A DNA stretch of 62,845 nucleotides. Origin: an uncultured Desulfobacula sp. Lineage in GTDB: Bacteria > Desulfobacterota > Desulfobacteria > Desulfobacterales > Desulfobacteraceae. The stretch is taken from NCBI GenBank assembly GCA_964457495.1, contig CAYWGN010000003.1, forward strand, positions 1 through 62,845, written 5' to 3'. Both the position numbers and the translations under genes were made by a program. Below the pieces are notes generated by a model that was not told where the DNA came from, did not search any database, and worked only from the letters and a program-made list of their open reading frames with translations. Every line of letters begins with the position of its first letter. Position 1 is the stretch's first letter. Below are positions 18,627 to 28,942 of the stretch, piece after piece.

Positions 18627-20237
18627 CTATTTAAATTTCACGCCCACAAAATTGTCACGATTCAAAGCGGAAATGACACCTCCCGGCATTTCTTCATCAA
18701 ACCCTTCCAGATAATCGGATCGGTATGCACCGATGGAAGACATGTAATACAAGACGATTGAGGGAGAATCCCTATAATGTATTTCTTGCATTTTATAAAT
18801 AAGTTTTTGCCTTTCTTTCGGATCTACAGCACGGATTTGTTGCTCGAAAAGCGTGTCATACTCAGGGTTCTTATATCCGGCACCGTTCCACTTTTGAACT
18901 TGAGATGACATATAAATCGATAATGAGAAATTGGGATCCGGCTGTCCTGAAAAACCCCATAAATACATATCCTGCTTATAATCAGGGAAGAGTTCGGCAA
19001 GAATCGTTCCTGCATCAGCAGATTGCAGGGTCAGATCGACACCGATATTTTTCCACCAACTGCGGATAAATTCAGCTGCTCTCATTTCTTCCGGCCACCT
19101 TGTAATCACTAACAATTTTATTTTTAGTTGCACACCGTCTTTCTGTCGTAACCCATCAGACCCGGATTTCCAACCCGCCTCATCAAGCAGACTGGCTGCT
19201 TTTTTCAGATCAAATGGATAAGGGGATATTTGATTATTGAAAAAATAAGGTATTGCATCCATTACGACAGATAACCCCGGCCGTGCATATCCGGAGTGTA
19301 TGATTTTGGCCAGTTTTTCTTTATCGACGGCCATTGCCAAAGCGCGCCGTACTTTTGGATCGCGCAGTGCCGGGTGTCCTTTTCCAAAATCCGAACTATT
19401 GATGCATATATGTCGGTAGTAAAGGCTAGGCGTTTTTACAATTTTTATATTTTCGTCCCGAGACAGTGCCATGGCAGCGATCGAGGTCAATTCAGATCCG
19501 ATTACATCAATATCCCCTTTTTTAAGGGACATCATCATGGGATCCGGCGATGAAAAATAAGAAAAAACAACTTGCTTCAAATGAGGCAGTGTTCGCCAGG
19601 TAGAATCATTTCTTGTAAAGCTCATGTAATTATTTTTCTTCCAGGTTTTAAGCATAAAAGGCCCTGAACCCAAAGGGGTAACATTGTCATACTTAACCGC
19701 TTTTTCTCCCGGGATTTTTTCCCACTTATGCTTGGCCACTATAAACACGTCGCTTAGGTCCGATGCCGTGGTTGCAATGGGTTGTTTGTATGTGAGCACC
19801 AATGTCTTTGGGTCCGGAGTTTCTATTTTCTCGATGTTTTTAAGGTAATTGATATAATTCGGGATCTTGTTGTCAATTATATATTTGTACGTAAATGCAA
19901 TATCCTCGCTGGTGAGTGCCTGACCATCATGCCATTTTGCATTCGTCACTATATCAAACGTCCAGACGATACCATCGTCGCTTACTTTCCATGATTTTGC
20001 CAGCATGGGTGATACTTCAAGTTTATTGTTGATCCCCAACAAAGTATCGTAGAGCATACTGCGCATAATCGTGCCCCCCTGAACAGTATCATAGCCCATG
20101 GGATTCAAAGTACGTGGCTCCTGGCTCCAGCCCACTCGCAGTTGTCCATCCGCTTTTCCTGCATGCCCTATCACTGTTGAAGAAAACATGATAGCAATAC
20201 AGATGGAAATGATCGAAACTATCCTTTTAAATTTCAT
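18627..20237 (-). CDS. oligopeptide ABC substrate-binding protein (family 5)
   Basis: Signal peptide MKFKRIVS.., LAKSW, WHDG and GSGPF; ATG 20237 has a GGGAGG RBS. Confidence 0.9.
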   Translation of the reverse strand: MKFKRIVSIISICIAIMFSSTVIGHAGKADGQLRVGWSQEPRTLNPMGYDTVQGGTIMRSMLYDTLLGINNKLEVSPMLAKSWKVSDDGIVWTFDIVTNAKWHDGQALTSEDIAFTYKYIIDNKIPNYINYLKNIEKIETPDPKTLVLTYKQPIATTASDLSDVFIVAKHKWEKIPGEKAVKYDNVTPLGSGPFMLKTWKKNNYMSFTRNDSTWRTLPHLKQVVFSYFSSPDPMMMSLKKGDIDVIGSELTSIAAMALSRDENIKIVKTPSLYYRHICINSSDFGKGHPALRDPKVRRALAMAVDKEKLAKIIHSGYARPGLSVVMDAIPYFFNNQISPYPFDLKKAASLLDEAGWKSGSDGLRQKDGVQLKIKLLVITRWPEEMRAAEFIRSWWKNIGVDLTLQSADAGTILAELFPDYKQDMYLWGFSGQPDPNFSLSIYMSSQVQKWNGAGYKNPEYDTLFEQQIRAVDPKERQKLIYKMQEIHYRDSPSIVLYYMSSIGAYRSDYLEGFDEEMPGGVISALNRDNFVGVKFK

Positions 20238-20517
20238 GCACACCTCCCTAATTAAATAATTAAAACTATTAGTATTTATGGCCTGATTATTTTTTAAACC
20301 TTGATCGTAATATATTAATGAAAAACATATGTACCTGGTTTTCCCTGAGGCAAATACCCCCCCCATTTTTTTAGACCATCAAAGAACATCCAAATGCTTA
20401 GCCCCTCTTTGCCGGTCACATATTACATCTTGATAAACAGGCCCCATAAATCAATATCTTGTTATATAATTTTATGGCGCTCATACAATTTTCGCTGCAT
20501 GCAAATTTATTTATTAT

Positions 20518-20533
20518 AGCAATCTTTGTACCA
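20518..20533 (-). promoter_or_regulatory. sigma-54 -24/-12 promoter of the opp/D-aminoacylase operon
   Basis: Minus strand TGGTACAAAGATTGCT = GG-N10-GC. Confidence 0.8.
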
Positions 20534-20617
20534 GTGTCTTGAATAATTTTATAACTATTTGAAAATAAAAGAAAGTTTTATTAATAAACATACAAATAGA
20601 CAGAGCCAGATTATATT

Positions 20618-20695
20618 TGATTCACTTATAAATCACATATACACAGCTAAATATTTAAAATAATTGAATATATAATACGATTTAAAAATGAATCA
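20618..20695. promoter_or_regulatory. Paired bEBP upstream activating sites
   Basis: TGATTCACTTATAAATCA (20618-20635) and CGATTTAAAAATGAATCA (20678-20695). Confidence 0.7.
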
Positions 20696-20763
20696 GATTT
20701 ATAGCTATCCAAACCCTTAAAAGAAAGGCTTATCCACATGCCTGATACAAAAACGGATCGACG

Positions 20764-22170
20764 CTACTTTTTTGTAATAGCAAGTCCGTGCTTTTTAAAT
20801 TTTCTGACCACAGATGGCTGACTGATCCCCAAAAACCTGGCTGCCTCCCTGGTGGTAAGACATTTCATCGCTGCCTGCATCAACATTTCATTTTCAACGG
20901 CCCATATTTTATCCGAAAGAGTGCTACCTTCTTTCATTGGTTCCACTTTTGTTCCAAGGGGTTTGGTCTTGTTTAACATTTTTACCAGATAATCATCTAA
21001 AGACCGTCTGTCACACATAACAATGGCCTGTTTAATTATATTTATGAGTTCCCGGACATTCCCCGGGAAGTTATAGGCTTGAAGTGTCTCAAAAGCCTTA
21101 TAACCGATCCGTGCTCTGCGATTGTATCGTTTGTTGTATTTTTTCAGGGTGATTCTAACCAGCTCAAGAATATCCTCGGGTCGATTTCTCAATGGTGGGA
21201 TCAAAAGCGTAAATGTATTAAGCCTGTGAAAAAGATCCAGTCTGAACTTCTTATTGAATGTCTGTGTGTCAATATCCCGGTTTGTGGCGGCAATAATCGA
21301 GCAGTCTATTTTTTTTGGAACGGTACCGCCAATAGGCATAATTTCATGATCATCCAGACATTGCAACAGCTTGGCCTGCACCCCGATGGACATTTCTCCG
21401 ATTTCATCAAGGAAAAGCGTCCCCCCGGATGCCAATTCAAACAATCCGATCCTTCCCTTTTCACTGGCTCCGGTAAATGCTCCCTTTGTATACCCGAACA
21501 ATTCGGCCTCTAAAAGATTTTCAGGCAGGGCCGCACAATTAATCTGAATAAACGGTTTCCTGCTCCCTGCCCTGTGTTTATGAATAAATTTTGCCAGCAA
21601 CCCCTTGCCTGTACCTGATTCCCCCTGGATCAGAATATTGGAAGCATTAATAGCAGATAGTTTTAAGGCAAGCTTTAGTGTCTGTTTCATTGAATCGCTC
21701 TGGGCCACAATATTATTCTCTTTTAATTCAAGCAGGGTTAACTCAGTCAACTCATCCTTTATTTTTTCAGATTCCTGCCTTACAAGCGCAAGCTCTTTTC
21801 TCATGCTTTCGATAAGAGAAATATCCCGTTCATTTACAACAACAAAAGAAAGATTATGATCATCATCAAAAACCGGGGTTCCAGTAACCAGCAAGGTGTA
21901 GTCTGACCGCGGTGTCGTCTGAATCACACTGACCTGGCGTTTTGTTTCAAGGACTTCCTGGGTGGCTGACCTGTCAATCTGTCCTTCTTTTACAAGGGTT
22001 CTAACATCTTTTCCCAATACCTCAGAAGCCTTTACCCCGTTTAAGATTTCAGCCGCACGATTAAGCTTTAGGATTGTTCCTTCAGCGTCACAGATCATCA
22101 AGCCATCAGCCGACCGGTCAAAAATTGTCGTAAGATAGGCAAGGGTCATCTGTGATGAATCATCTTTCAT
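20764..22170 (-). CDS. PAS-domain sigma-54-dependent transcriptional activator (bEBP)
   Basis: N-terminal [31 protein letters not shown] and a C-terminal HTH. Confidence 0.93.
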   Translation of the reverse strand: MKDDSSQMTLAYLTTIFDRSADGLMICDAEGTILKLNRAAEILNGVKASEVLGKDVRTLVKEGQIDRSATQEVLETKRQVSVIQTTPRSDYTLLVTGTPVFDDDHNLSFVVVNERDISLIESMRKELALVRQESEKIKDELTELTLLELKENNIVAQSDSMKQTLKLALKLSAINASNILIQGESGTGKGLLAKFIHKHRAGSRKPFIQINCAALPENLLEAELFGYTKGAFTGASEKGRIGLFELASGGTLFLDEIGEMSIGVQAKLLQCLDDHEIMPIGGTVPKKIDCSIIAATNRDIDTQTFNKKFRLDLFHRLNTFTLLIPPLRNRPEDILELVRITLKKYNKRYNRRARIGYKAFETLQAYNFPGNVRELINIIKQAIVMCDRRSLDDYLVKMLNKTKPLGTKVEPMKEGSTLSDKIWAVENEMLMQAAMKCLTTREAARFLGISQPSVVRKFKKHGLAITKK

Positions 22171-23770
22171 AAACAATTTTTCCATCAAAAAGGGTTAACT
22201 CCACTCGGGCATCTGCAATCCCATCAGGATCAATCTTAAAGATATCCTGATCAAGAACAATCACATCCGCAAGCTTGCCTTTTGAAATGGATCCCAGTTG
22301 ATCTCCTGTTCCGGAAGCCACAGCCGGGGTGATCGTATACGCCTTAACTGCCTCTTCAACACTGAGCGCCTGATCCATGTACCACCCCTTTTCCGGGGTC
22401 TTATCCATTCTTTTTCTGGTAACAGCAGAGTAAATTCCTGCCAGAGGATTGGGATCTGCCACAGGCGCATCAGAACTGAGCATCAAGGGGATACCCTGTT
22501 TTAAAATACTTTTCAGGTTATAGGCATATTTTCCCCGGGGCCCAGCACAGGCATCAATCATGGAAATATCAAGGCTTAAATTGTTGGGCTGACAGGAGAC
22601 TGCCATGTTTTTCAACGCTGAAAGTCGTTCAAGATCTTCCGGCAGAACCATCTGAACATGTTCTATTCTATGGGGAATCCTGCACTGGGTTTGACCCTTG
22701 CTTTCAATGCGTTGAAACATGTCTATAACTTCTTTGTTGGCCCTATCACCAATGGCATGCACCATAACACTTAGTCCTGCCTGATCTGCTTTTAATGCAG
22801 CTTTTTCAATGTCTTCCACGGGGGTTAAGGGCATCCCATATTCAGCATCCAGATATTTTTGCATCATCCAGCCAGTTCTTGCGCCCATGCCACCGTCAGA
22901 AAAAAACTTTAAAAACCCTATCTTCAACAAATCATCTCCAAACCCTGTACAAAGTCCTAAACCAATTGCCTGATCTGTCATTTCACCGGGGAGTGCCACA
23001 TGGCAACGGATATGAAGTTTATTTTCCTGTCTCAGGTGCTGCCAAGCTTTTAAGGCATCTTTTCCGTCAAGTCCTCCCATGAGCCGAATATCATGAATCG
23101 ATGTCAGCCCAAGTCCATGGGCGTCTCCTATGGCCTTTTGCATATTTTCAAGCACGGCTTCCCGGGAAAGCCTGGGTAAAACATTCCGGATCAGATTTGG
23201 GGCAAGTTCTTTTAAAACACCTGTGGGACGACCCGAGGCATCCTTTGCAATCACACCGTCTTTGGGATCAGGAGTTGTGGAATTGATTTTAGCAAGCTTT
23301 AAGCCAAGAGAATTGGCAACAGCCAGATGGAGATCACACCGCCAGATACACACCGGGTTATGGGGTGCAATCCTGTCAAGATCATGGCGATCCGGCATTT
23401 TCTTTTCCGGCCAATCAGACTCATTAAACCCCTGGCCCAATACCCAGTTTCCAGGGCCCACGGCCAAAGCCTTCTTTGAAACAGCTTCTTCCATTTCCTT
23501 AAAAGAGAGAACCTTTGAAAAATCAATGCTGTCATAGTTCAATGCCCATTCATAAAAATGAAAATGGGTATCTGTAAATCCGGGTAACACAAGCCGGTTA
23601 CCCAGATCCACCATCTGCGTGTTTTCCGATGCCAGGCCTAAAATATCCCAATCAGACCCGACACTTAAAATCCGGTTGCCTGATATGGCAACGGCCCGGG
23701 CCATTGGATGACCATCATCCTGGGTTTGAATCGTGCCATTATGTAAAATAATATCTGCGGTAGCTTTCAT
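22160..23770 (-). CDS. YtcJ-like amidohydrolase (amidohydrolase_3)
   Basis: PGFTDTHFH, KFFSDG, HAIGDRA, RIEHVQ and SSDAP motifs. Confidence 0.9.
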   Translation of the reverse strand: MKATADIILHNGTIQTQDDGHPMARAVAISGNRILSVGSDWDILGLASENTQMVDLGNRLVLPGFTDTHFHFYEWALNYDSIDFSKVLSFKEMEEAVSKKALAVGPGNWVLGQGFNESDWPEKKMPDRHDLDRIAPHNPVCIWRCDLHLAVANSLGLKLAKINSTTPDPKDGVIAKDASGRPTGVLKELAPNLIRNVLPRLSREAVLENMQKAIGDAHGLGLTSIHDIRLMGGLDGKDALKAWQHLRQENKLHIRCHVALPGEMTDQAIGLGLCTGFGDDLLKIGFLKFFSDGGMGARTGWMMQKYLDAEYGMPLTPVEDIEKAALKADQAGLSVMVHAIGDRANKEVIDMFQRIESKGQTQCRIPHRIEHVQMVLPEDLERLSALKNMAVSCQPNNLSLDISMIDACAGPRGKYAYNLKSILKQGIPLMLSSDAPVADPNPLAGIYSAVTRKRMDKTPEKGWYMDQALSVEEAVKAYTITPAVASGTGDQLGSISKGKLADVIVLDQDIFKIDPDGIADARVELTLFDGKIVYER

Positions 23771-24810
23771 TACATGATAAATCCTTTTTGAAAAGGGTCA
23801 TCATCTTCAATGATAAAATGATGAAGACCCGTTAAATATGCCATACCTTTAATCTGCACAATAAACCCGTCCACAGACCCAATTTTTTCTTTTTTGATAA
23901 TCATTGCCTCAAAAGATGTCCCCAGAGGACTGTAATTAATATATCTCTGATTCATTTTGATTTTTCCATAATGATGGAGAAGGGTCAGCTTAGCTGCCGT
24001 GCCCGTCCCACAGGGAGACCTGTCTACATGGGATTCTCCGTAAATTACCATGCCCTTGCCAGAGGCGCATCCTTTATCATATTTTGAATCATAAAATTCT
24101 GTCACATCAATGGTTCTGACATCGGGTCTGACAGGATGGGACACGTTAAGCTGCTCATTGGCAGCATCAATAATTTTCATGCCCAGATCCGTTAAAAATG
24201 CCTTGTTTTCCAGAACCGGTTCCATGGGGATCTGAGTTGAATCCACCATGGCAAAAAAACCGCCAGTACATACAAGATCCACCTTTATTGTTCCAAACCC
24301 CTGCACTTCAATCTGTTGACCCGTATCATAAACAAAGGAGGGCACCATATTGATCGCCACAGAATTAAGCGTATCCCCATGAACAAATACCCTTGCCTCC
24401 ATAGGCCCGGACGGGGTATCCACCCGTACAAAATTTTCTCCCTGGGAAAGGGATAGAAAACCGGTTCTTGCCAGGGTTGCTATGGCGCCAATGGTTGCAT
24501 GCCCGCAAAGATATGGATACCGCTTGGCATCCATATAAATCAATCCAAACGCTGCTGTCCTGGTGACATTCTCAGTCAGCACTGCTGCCAGAATTTCTTT
24601 GGACCCTCGGGGTTCTTTTGTCAAAAGACACCGGATATGATCATATCTGGATTTAAACCAATCCAGCTTATCCATCATGGTTTTTCCTTTGATATCCCCC
24701 AGGCCATTAACGACCAGGCGCGTGGTTTCCCCTTCCGTATGGGAGTCAATGGTTGTAACGCAGGTATCTATCCCCATTGACGTTTTTGAAAAATCATTGA
24801 AAAATTTCAT
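23770..24810 (-). CDS. proline racemase family protein (racemase/epimerase type, Cys/Cys)
   Basis: DSHTEGE, EPRG, LCGH and DRSPCGTGT catalytic motifs. Confidence 0.9.
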   Translation of the reverse strand: MKFFNDFSKTSMGIDTCVTTIDSHTEGETTRLVVNGLGDIKGKTMMDKLDWFKSRYDHIRCLLTKEPRGSKEILAAVLTENVTRTAAFGLIYMDAKRYPYLCGHATIGAIATLARTGFLSLSQGENFVRVDTPSGPMEARVFVHGDTLNSVAINMVPSFVYDTGQQIEVQGFGTIKVDLVCTGGFFAMVDSTQIPMEPVLENKAFLTDLGMKIIDAANEQLNVSHPVRPDVRTIDVTEFYDSKYDKGCASGKGMVIYGESHVDRSPCGTGTAAKLTLLHHYGKIKMNQRYINYSPLGTSFEAMIIKKEKIGSVDGFIVQIKGMAYLTGLHHFIIEDDDPFQKGFIM

Positions 24811-25033
24811 TTAAAAAATCCTTAACAAATTACTCAACTGCTATTTTATCTGCCTTAAGAGCACAATATGATATTTACTATAAAAAAAACTATCTTTAAG
24901 TTAAACCAACTATTTTTTTAAAGCAAATACAAGATTTTTTATTTTTTAAAAAAATACACACTAAAAATATTTACATCTCTTTCGCAACCTGAAATAATGG
25001 CCTTCCAAATCATAAATTTTAGGGAGTGCATAC

Positions 25034-25978
25034 ATGTTTCAACATATTATAAATGCCGCTGAAAGATTAAAGGGCCATGCCAATCATACCCCTGTAATGA
25101 CCTCGGGCAGCTTAAACAAACTTGTGGAGGCAGACATCTACTTAAAGTGTGAAAACTTTCAAAAAATAGGTGCCTTCAAGTTCAGGGGTGCTTTTAACAG
25201 CATTTCAAAATTGAGTGCCCTGGAAAAATCAAAAGGAGTCATCACCTATTCCTCGGGAAACCATGCCCAGGCTGTTGCCCTTGTGGGAAAGATGCTCAAT
25301 GTTGAAACAACCATTGTCATGCCGAAAAACGCACCAGCAACAAAACTTGCTGCAACAAAAGAGTATGGCGCCATTGTGGTTGAATATGATCATAAGAGAG
25401 AAAGCCGGGAAGATATTGCATTAAAAATCCAACAAGAACAGGGATTGACAATGATCCCGCCATTTGACCATATAGATGTCATTGCAGGCCAGGGAACGGC
25501 TGCCCTGGAATTGTTTGACCAGGCCGGTTCCCTTGACATGCTGTTAACCCCGTGTGGTGGTGGAGGCCTTTTAAGCGGCTGTGCCATTGCAGCAAAAGGC
25601 AAAAACCCTGACTGCAAAGTTATTGGTGTAGAACCAGAACTTGCAGATGATGCCTGCAGGTCATTTAGAACTGGGATACTTCACAGTGTTCAAAATCCCG
25701 ATACCATTGCCGATGGCACAAGAACCTCATCCCTTGGAAAGATAACCTTTCCTTTGATATTGGAAAATGTTGACGATATGGTAACAGTTTCGGAAAAAGA
25801 TATTATTCACGCTGTACAATTTTTATTTTTCCGCATGAAACTTGTGGTGGAACCCTCCGGAGCCCTCGGACTTGCAGCCCTTTTAAACAAAAAGGTTATG
25901 CCAATGGGGAAGGTAGGGGTTATCTTAAGCGGCGGCAATATTGATGCCGAAACCATGGGGATGATCCTGAAATCATGA
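25034..25978 (+). CDS. PLP-dependent serine/threonine dehydratase or serine racemase-like (possible 3-hydroxyaspartate ammonia-lyase)
   Basis: GAFKFRGA, SSGNHAQ, GGGGL, EPSGA and SGGN; no regulatory domain. Confidence 0.88.
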   Translation: MFQHIINAAERLKGHANHTPVMTSGSLNKLVEADIYLKCENFQKIGAFKFRGAFNSISKLSALEKSKGVITYSSGNHAQAVALVGKMLNVETTIVMPKNAPATKLAATKEYGAIVVEYDHKRESREDIALKIQQEQGLTMIPPFDHIDVIAGQGTAALELFDQAGSLDMLLTPCGGGGLLSGCAIAAKGKNPDCKVIGVEPELADDACRSFRTGILHSVQNPDTIADGTRTSSLGKITFPLILENVDDMVTVSEKDIIHAVQFLFFRMKLVVEPSGALGLAALLNKKVMPMGKVGVILSGGNIDAETMGMILKS

Positions 25979-25989
25979 TTTGCAAAGTT

Positions 25990-26907
25990 TTATACGATAC
26001 TGAGCCACAGTCCATAAGTCAGACCTGAAATAATGGTGCAGATGGATATGGCTGCCACTGCATAATCAGGATCACCCCCGATTTCTTTAGCCATGATATA
26101 GGTAAGGGTTGCCGTTGGAGAAGCAAGGAGAATAAATCCTGGAAGATAGTCTTTTGGGTGAACAGAAAAAAACTTGAACAATACAAATCCAATGGCAGGT
26201 GCAACCATCACCTTTAAAAAACTGGATATCAGAACATTTAAAAACCGTGGTTTTAATTTTGCAAAAGAAAGCGAGGCACCAATAATCAAAAGAGCCAGGG
26301 GCAGAGCCATGCCCGTTAAAATTTGAAGGGCTCTGTCAAGGATAAGGGGCATGGGTATATTGAGCAGAGAGAATGAGATGCCTGCCAGGGCTGAAAGTAT
26401 CACAGGGTTGGCCATGGTTTTTTTCATGGTATCAAATATCTTTGGACGATCTTTATTGTTCCCCGAGTGGTATTGCAGGATAATGACTGCCATTATATTC
26501 TGCAGTATCATCACAAACCCTGATAAAATCGCAGCTTTTACAAATCCGCTGTCGCCCAGATAATAGAATGCAACGGCAAGGCCGATATAACCAAGATTAC
26601 CGTGAAATGAACATTGAATAAACGATCCTTTTGAAGGCCTTGTCATTTTCAAAAAACGGGATATTCCCACGGCAACTGCCATAATAGCAACCAGAGAACC
26701 CAGCGTGATGGAAATCACTGCAAAATTCATCTGGGTTTTTAAAGCCGCTTTTGAAATGGAAGAAAAGATCATGGCTGGAATGGCAAGATAGTATACCAGG
26801 CGATTGCCCTGGTGTAAAAAATCCGGTGTGATAAACCCTTTGTGTTTTGCAAACAATCCTAAAAAAATGATGATAAAAATTGGAATAATGGTTGAGATAA
26901 TATTCAT
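25990..26907 (-). CDS. AEC family transporter
   Basis: About 10 TM segments, GNLGYIG and NPVI; ATGA overlap with the upstream stop. Confidence 0.85.
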   Translation of the reverse strand: MNIISTIIPIFIIIFLGLFAKHKGFITPDFLHQGNRLVYYLAIPAMIFSSISKAALKTQMNFAVISITLGSLVAIMAVAVGISRFLKMTRPSKGSFIQCSFHGNLGYIGLAVAFYYLGDSGFVKAAILSGFVMILQNIMAVIILQYHSGNNKDRPKIFDTMKKTMANPVILSALAGISFSLLNIPMPLILDRALQILTGMALPLALLIIGASLSFAKLKPRFLNVLISSFLKVMVAPAIGFVLFKFFSVHPKDYLPGFILLASPTATLTYIMAKEIGGDPDYAVAAISICTIISGLTYGLWLSIV

Positions 26908-28322
26908 AATAAAAACGCTTCCTTTGTCTGCCACCACCCAATGGTGGTGCCGACTCTCTGGAATTGAATATTTTCCTTTAATTCAATCTGCCTTATCCAG
27001 TCGGCAAGACCTGAAGCATGATGGATGATCAAGGGCGTGCTGTGATGGGGTAAAATATCGGCTGACAGCTGGTACAGGCTGATTGTTTTATTGATTCCAT
27101 GGGAAATATCCGAGTTATCCCAGGGAGTTGGGTGGATAAACCCGTGATTGGCTCCTTCTTGTTTAAGGTAGCCCAAATGCGAGGGATATCTTGATTTTAA
27201 TTGCCTTATGGCCTTGATGGCATCAAGATTTGTCTGTCGATCAATGCCTTTATTCAGGTTCTTTAAAATCGTATCATCAAAGGATTCAAATCCAATGGAA
27301 GACAATAAAATCCTGACATTCTTTTTTGTGGCGACATCAAGTGCTGAAGTCAACGGTTTCAGCCCATTTATGAGATAGTCAGCCCGCAGGGTCAGATTGA
27401 TCTGGGACAATTCAATGGCCAGTTCTTCTGCCAGCTTAAAAATCTTTGAAAGTTTAAACAGCGGGCTTTCATTGATCAGCTCAAAGGGTATTTTCCTGCC
27501 GTCAGCACCCTGGGGCAAACATAATAATTGTTCTTTTAATGCTGCCTTGCCCACCCCTCCTAAATACCCTTTATCCTTTGCCACATCACAAAAACTGCAT
27601 CCATTCTGGCAAATGGTAACAAAGGAAGGTTCAGCCCTTTTTTTTTGTAACGACCATGGATAGTCAATACGGATTTTTTTTTGTTTTGCTGCATGCTGGC
27701 ATCCGATCTGCTGCAATACCTGGGCTGTTGTAATGGTTAAGGGTTCAAAGGCAAGTTTTTTTAATACATAAAGTGTTTGCCAGTCAACGTCTGAAAGCCA
27801 GGTATCATCCCAGGCAATGGAAGGGGTTTCATTGATCTGACCATTAATATCTCTGCATAACACCCCGTCAAATTTTGATAGGTCTTTATCAAAACCAGAT
27901 GATAGAATGGGGATAATCTGCTGGGCCGGGCCTTGGAGGGCAAAGGAAAAACAATCAGAAACTCCCTTAAAGCGGTGGGGATAGGATTGCCAATCCATCT
28001 CTCCTTTATAATCCGGCCCTGCCTGGGGACCGGCAAGAATGGTGACAGCACCCTGTTCTTTTAATTCTCCGGCAAGATCAAACAGATCGGGTCTTCCCCC
28101 GAGGGATGAAAATCCCACTATCTTTTGCTGGTCTCCAAAATAATGATTTAAAGCTGATTTTACATCCCGGATGTCATTTTCATTGGTCACCCCCACAACA
28201 ATGGCTTTAAAATTGGTATGGGCATTGATTATAGTGGCAGCCATCTGGGGGCCTAAAAGCCCATAGGACTCTTCTTTGAAATAACCTGTGATAATAACCA
28301 GCTTCTTTTTTTTTTCTTGCAT
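26904..28322 (-). CDS. radical SAM protein with N-terminal B12-binding-like region
   Basis: CQNGCSFC, ILAGPQA and IGFESFDD..L..LNKG motifs. Confidence 0.7.
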   Translation of the reverse strand: MQEKKKKLVIITGYFKEESYGLLGPQMAATIINAHTNFKAIVVGVTNENDIRDVKSALNHYFGDQQKIVGFSSLGGRPDLFDLAGELKEQGAVTILAGPQAGPDYKGEMDWQSYPHRFKGVSDCFSFALQGPAQQIIPILSSGFDKDLSKFDGVLCRDINGQINETPSIAWDDTWLSDVDWQTLYVLKKLAFEPLTITTAQVLQQIGCQHAAKQKKIRIDYPWSLQKKRAEPSFVTICQNGCSFCDVAKDKGYLGGVGKAALKEQLLCLPQGADGRKIPFELINESPLFKLSKIFKLAEELAIELSQINLTLRADYLINGLKPLTSALDVATKKNVRILLSSIGFESFDDTILKNLNKGIDRQTNLDAIKAIRQLKSRYPSHLGYLKQEGANHGFIHPTPWDNSDISHGINKTISLYQLSADILPHHSTPLIIHHASGLADWIRQIELKENIQFQRVGTTIGWWQTKEAFLL

Positions 28323-28346
28323 GTTTTATTACAATCCCTAAAACAA

Positions 28347-28384
28347 TACTGCACGTTCCGGGATTACTCCCAGAACGTGCAGTA
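28347..28384 (-). terminator. Stem-loop downstream of the ferredoxin gene
   Basis: TACTGCACGTTC...GAACGTGCAGTA inverted repeat. Confidence 0.65.
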
Positions 28385-28421
28385 CAAACTATCTTAAATC
28401 CTTATGAAAAATCTTATAAAA

Positions 28422-28922
28422 TCATGCTTCTTTCAGAGCAATTTTATGGCTTGTAGCATACAATTTTTTTGCTGCATCCTGTTTTTTGAGAATGGCAACA
28501 TCATCTGCATCAATATATTCAATCGCCTGAACTTCACAGAATCTTACACACTGGGGATCTCCATCACAGAGGTCACATTTGAAGACCTTTCTGTCAATGG
28601 AATTAAATCCCATGGCGCCAAAGGGACAGACTGCCACACAAGATCTGCAGCCAATACATTTGTCATAATCCACTTCGATTTTGTTAAGTTCGTCATTGCG
28701 GGAAATCGCATTGGCAGGACAGACACTCATACAAGGCGCATCCTGACACTGCTGACAGGCCATGGGGATATAAACCCCGTCCATTTCCCATTTCATTACT
28801 CTGATACGGCTTCTGGCAGGGTTTGAAACCCCGTCATGTTTTACCGCACATACCAGTTCACACAACCTGCACCCTGTACATTTTTCAGGGTTTATCATCA
28901 GGACTTTATCCTTTGTTTCCAT
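28422..28922 (-). CDS. 4Fe-4S dicluster ferredoxin-like subunit (AOR partner)
   Basis: CTGCRLCELVC, CQQCQDAPC..C, CIGCRSCVAVCP and CDLC....C...C. Confidence 0.92.
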   Translation of the reverse strand: METKDKVLMINPEKCTGCRLCELVCAVKHDGVSNPARSRIRVMKWEMDGVYIPMACQQCQDAPCMSVCPANAISRNDELNKIEVDYDKCIGCRSCVAVCPFGAMGFNSIDRKVFKCDLCDGDPQCVRFCEVQAIEYIDADDVAILKKQDAAKKLYATSHKIALKEA

Positions 28923-28942
28923 GATATACTCCTTTCAAACTC

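Noticed and set aside
20238-20366. N-terminal extension of OppA
   Set aside because: The GGGAGG RBS and signal peptide point to 20237.
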